Below, piece after piece: positions 61,801 through 64,000 of a DNA stretch of 64,000 bases. Position 1 is the stretch's first letter. The number at the start of each line of letters is the position of its first letter. The notes below the pieces were generated by a model, which searched no databases, was not told where the DNA came from, and saw nothing but the letters and a program-made list of their open reading frames with translations. The translations under genes and the position numbers were made by a program. This stretch comes from Bacilli bacterium (GTDB lineage Bacteria > Bacillota_I > Bacilli_A > RFN20 > CAG-288): positions 18,942-82,941 of the forward strand of contig CAAGLY010000002.1 in the NCBI GenBank assembly GCA_900770925.1, given 5' to 3'.

Positions 61801-63001
61801 AACAAAAAGACCAAAGATTATCCGAGTTGCTAAACGGAGCATTGCTTCTCCGTTTGATAAGATCAAAGCTTATGTTGTCCCTTTGCTTTTCGCCTTAGTT
61901 CTTTCTGTCCTTTTCTTATGGCTGGTAGGACGAAAGAATCCGTTCACAGCTGTTAAGTATATTTTTGAAGGAACCTTCTTCATTACGGATTCTGGCTCCT
62001 TATCTCCGTCTCGTCTCCTTGCTTTTGCTAAGAATGCCATTGTCCTTCTCTGGATTGCACTTGCTTTAGCACCATGCTACAAAATGAGATACTGGAACAT
62101 CGGTGGACAAGGACAAGTTCTCATTGGAGCACTTCTTACGGCTTGCTGCAGGATTTATCTTCCACAGACAAGGCCGAACGCTCTTGCTGTCATGATAGCC
62201 GCTGTTGTTGCTGCCATTGGCGGAGCTATCTGGTCTTATATTCCTGCAATCTTCAAAGCCAAGTGGAATACGAATGAAACCCTCTTCACTCTGAGGAGGA
62301 ACTATCTTGCCATCCTTCTTGTTGAATTATGCACGAATATCTGGCGTGGAAGTAAATCCGCACTAGGGCAAATCAATGTCTCGAATCGCTTTGGATGGTT
62401 CTACCAGATTCCTCATACGGCAATCAAGAACCAGTTCCTTAACAGCAATGTGTTCTTCCCGTTGATTTTTGTAGCTGTTCTTGTTGCTGTTAGGTTTGTC
62501 TATATTAAATATACGAAGCATGGCTATGAAAGGACTGTTGTCGGCGAATCTCTTTCCACGGCTAGATACACTGGTATCAATGTCCGTCATGTCATTCGTC
62601 GCACCGCTGCTTTAAGCGGATTGCTTTGCGGTTTGATCGGATTCTTATCTGTTTCGAACTTTGATCATTCTATCTCCACCTTCTCTGATTTTGGTTATGG
62701 TTTCACGGCTGTTATTGTCTGCTGGCTTAGTAACTTCAATCCTTTCGCTAGGATTGGTTACTCGTCACTTCTTGTCTTTTTGGAAAGAGGGGCAAAGAAC
62801 CTTAGCGATAGTCAGTATGCAGCACCATATCTGAACGAATACTCTACGCAGTTTGTCATTTTCGTCATTATTCTTGCATTCCTTTCTGCTACCTTCTTCC
62901 TCCGCTATCAAGTAACTCTTGATTTGCCAGGAAAGCAGAAACGAAGGAAAGCGAAACTGACAAAAGGATTATTAAATCCAGCAAAGAAGGAGGCTAGGTA
63001 A
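61793..63001 (+). CDS. ABC transporter permease (BPD_transp_2 family, NupB/RnsC-like)
   Basis: It is a polytopic membrane protein that overlaps the ATPase stop. This gene order is typical of BMP systems. Confidence 0.8.
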   Translation: MTKTKRPKIIRVAKRSIASPFDKIKAYVVPLLFALVLSVLFLWLVGRKNPFTAVKYIFEGTFFITDSGSLSPSRLLAFAKNAIVLLWIALALAPCYKMRYWNIGGQGQVLIGALLTACCRIYLPQTRPNALAVMIAAVVAAIGGAIWSYIPAIFKAKWNTNETLFTLRRNYLAILLVELCTNIWRGSKSALGQINVSNRFGWFYQIPHTAIKNQFLNSNVFFPLIFVAVLVAVRFVYIKYTKHGYERTVVGESLSTARYTGINVRHVIRRTAALSGLLCGLIGFLSVSNFDHSISTFSDFGYGFTAVIVCWLSNFNPFARIGYSSLLVFLERGAKNLSDSQYAAPYLNEYSTQFVIFVIILAFLSATFFLRYQVTLDLPGKQKRRKAKLTKGLLNPAKKEAR

Positions 63002-63002
63002 T

Positions 63003-63980
63003 ATGGAAACGTTCATCTCCTGGTTCACGATTGCAATTGTCTACGGAACCATCCTTTCTCTTTCTGCCTGTGGGGAAACCATCAATGAAAAAGCAGGACA
63101 TCTGAATCTTGGTATTCCTGGAATTAGGTATTTAAGTGGCGTTGCTTCTTTTGCACTCACCAGTAGGTATGAAGGAACTGGAAACCCTAACGGATTTGTG
63201 GTTGCTAGGATTGCAATTCTTTCTTCCTTTGCTGTTGGTGCAGTTCTTGGTTTTATCTACTCTCTCTTCGCTGTAACCTTCAAGTGCAATCAGAACGTTC
63301 TTGGCCTAGCAATCGCTTCTTTCGGCGTCGGCTTCGGAAAGTTCATCTCTGTCAGGCTGGGAAATACTCCGAAACTCACAAAGGCCAATCAAGTCTTTAA
63401 CGCGGGCATTCCTTTCTTTAAGGACTTAGGCGTGGCCGGAAAGCTTTTCTTCAACTACGGGTTCAGGACTTATATCACATTATTGATTCTGATTCTGGCA
63501 AGGCTTTTCTTCCGCAAAACAAAAATCGGTCTTAATCTTCGTGCTATTGGCGAATCTCCAGCTACATCCGATGCCGTTGGCTTGAATGTTACAAAATACA
63601 AATATATTGCAACTAGGATCGGGTGCGGACTAGCAGGACTCGGCGGAAGGATCTATGTCAGGCAGTTCTCTACCGGTTCTTGGTCTACGAATAACAACAT
63701 TGAAGCCTTAGGATGGCTTGCTGTTGCCCTCGTTATCTTCGCTTCTTGGAAGCCGGTTCATCTTATCTGGGGTGCTCCTTTATTCGGATTCCTCTTCTGG
63801 GCTTGGACTTATCTTCCTTCTCTTCTTAAAATCTCGGGCTTCAAAGGCAGGAACGAGCTTCTGGAAAGGCTTCCGTATCTTGTTACCATCCTTATTCTTG
63901 TCTTTAATTCGAGGCGCAAAAAGAAAGAAAACCAGCCGCCGGAATCGCTTGGTTTATCCTACTTCCGGGAGGACAGATAG
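63003..63980 (+). CDS. ABC transporter permease (BPD_transp_2 family, NupC/RnsD-like)
   Basis: It is the second permease of the BMP-type system, with 8-10 TM segments. Confidence 0.8.
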   Translation: METFISWFTIAIVYGTILSLSACGETINEKAGHLNLGIPGIRYLSGVASFALTSRYEGTGNPNGFVVARIAILSSFAVGAVLGFIYSLFAVTFKCNQNVLGLAIASFGVGFGKFISVRLGNTPKLTKANQVFNAGIPFFKDLGVAGKLFFNYGFRTYITLLILILARLFFRKTKIGLNLRAIGESPATSDAVGLNVTKYKYIATRIGCGLAGLGGRIYVRQFSTGSWSTNNNIEALGWLAVALVIFASWKPVHLIWGAPLFGFLFWAWTYLPSLLKISGFKGRNELLERLPYLVTILILVFNSRRKKKENQPPESLGLSYFREDR

Positions 63981-64000
63981 AAGAACAAAGGCCGGAGCTA

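Noticed and set aside
1-64000. CRISPR arrays, insertion sequences, integrases, tRNA or rRNA genes
   Set aside because: No regularly spaced direct repeats were seen, nor any transposase or recombinase motifs. There are no T-loop GTTCGAATC-type tRNA signatures or rRNA-like stretches. The window appears to be stable chromosomal DNA.

Overview
This 64 kb window looks like chromosomal DNA from a low-GC, lipoprotein-rich Firmicute/Mollicutes-like organism, perhaps an Erysipelotrichia or Acholeplasma relative. Evidence for that guess: about 42% GC by eye, at least 11 lipobox signal peptides, and MalK-type ATPases with long insertions. The standard genetic code is in use (TGG encodes Trp, TGA ends ORFs, and an RF2 gene carries the +1 frameshift site). 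No transposase, integrase, CRISPR array, rRNA or tRNA was found. Content is core housekeeping plus accessory carbohydrate uptake. Housekeeping genes: glyA, secA-prfB, pth-mfd, tilS with an S4-domain gene and a DivIC-like gene, rdgB-like, rsuA-like. A roughly 18 kb Gram-positive-style polysaccharide-utilisation locus holds a YesM/YesN-like two-component system, a CUT1-type ABC importer, surface lipoproteins, GH37-like, GH3 and GH27/36-like hydrolases, an MsmK-like ATPase and an esterase. A second cluster holds nagA-nagB, two alpha-D-phosphohexomutases, and an ABC importer with a fused double permease and a MalK-like ATPase. A BMP-family nucleoside ABC operon is preceded by a guanine-class purine riboswitch. 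Other genes: two tandem NUDIX genes plus a third NUDIX next to a histidine phosphatase, a GGDEF protein, a secreted HEXXH metalloprotease operon with two lipoproteins, and a DEDDh exonuclease with a BRCT-like tail. Also present are a Crh-like HPr paralog with Thr in place of His15, followed by a 330-nt repeat-bearing 3' region. Oddities worth checking: the only ATG upstream of the prfB frameshift site is one nucleotide out of frame with the leader. An RBS-driven 17-codon uORF overlaps the start of a Big_2 lipoprotein gene. A terminator-like hairpin sits between the SD and the ATG of a GH gene. Both MalK homologs carry 150-190 aa coiled-coil-like insertions. A 560-nt, unusually GC-rich intergenic block lies upstream of rdgB. 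I see no canonical defence island or clearly novel multi-gene system; the most unusual loci are listed in the findings. Coordinates follow the supplied ORF track. Starts were refined by RBS inspection where stated and carry an uncertainty of a few nucleotides in places.
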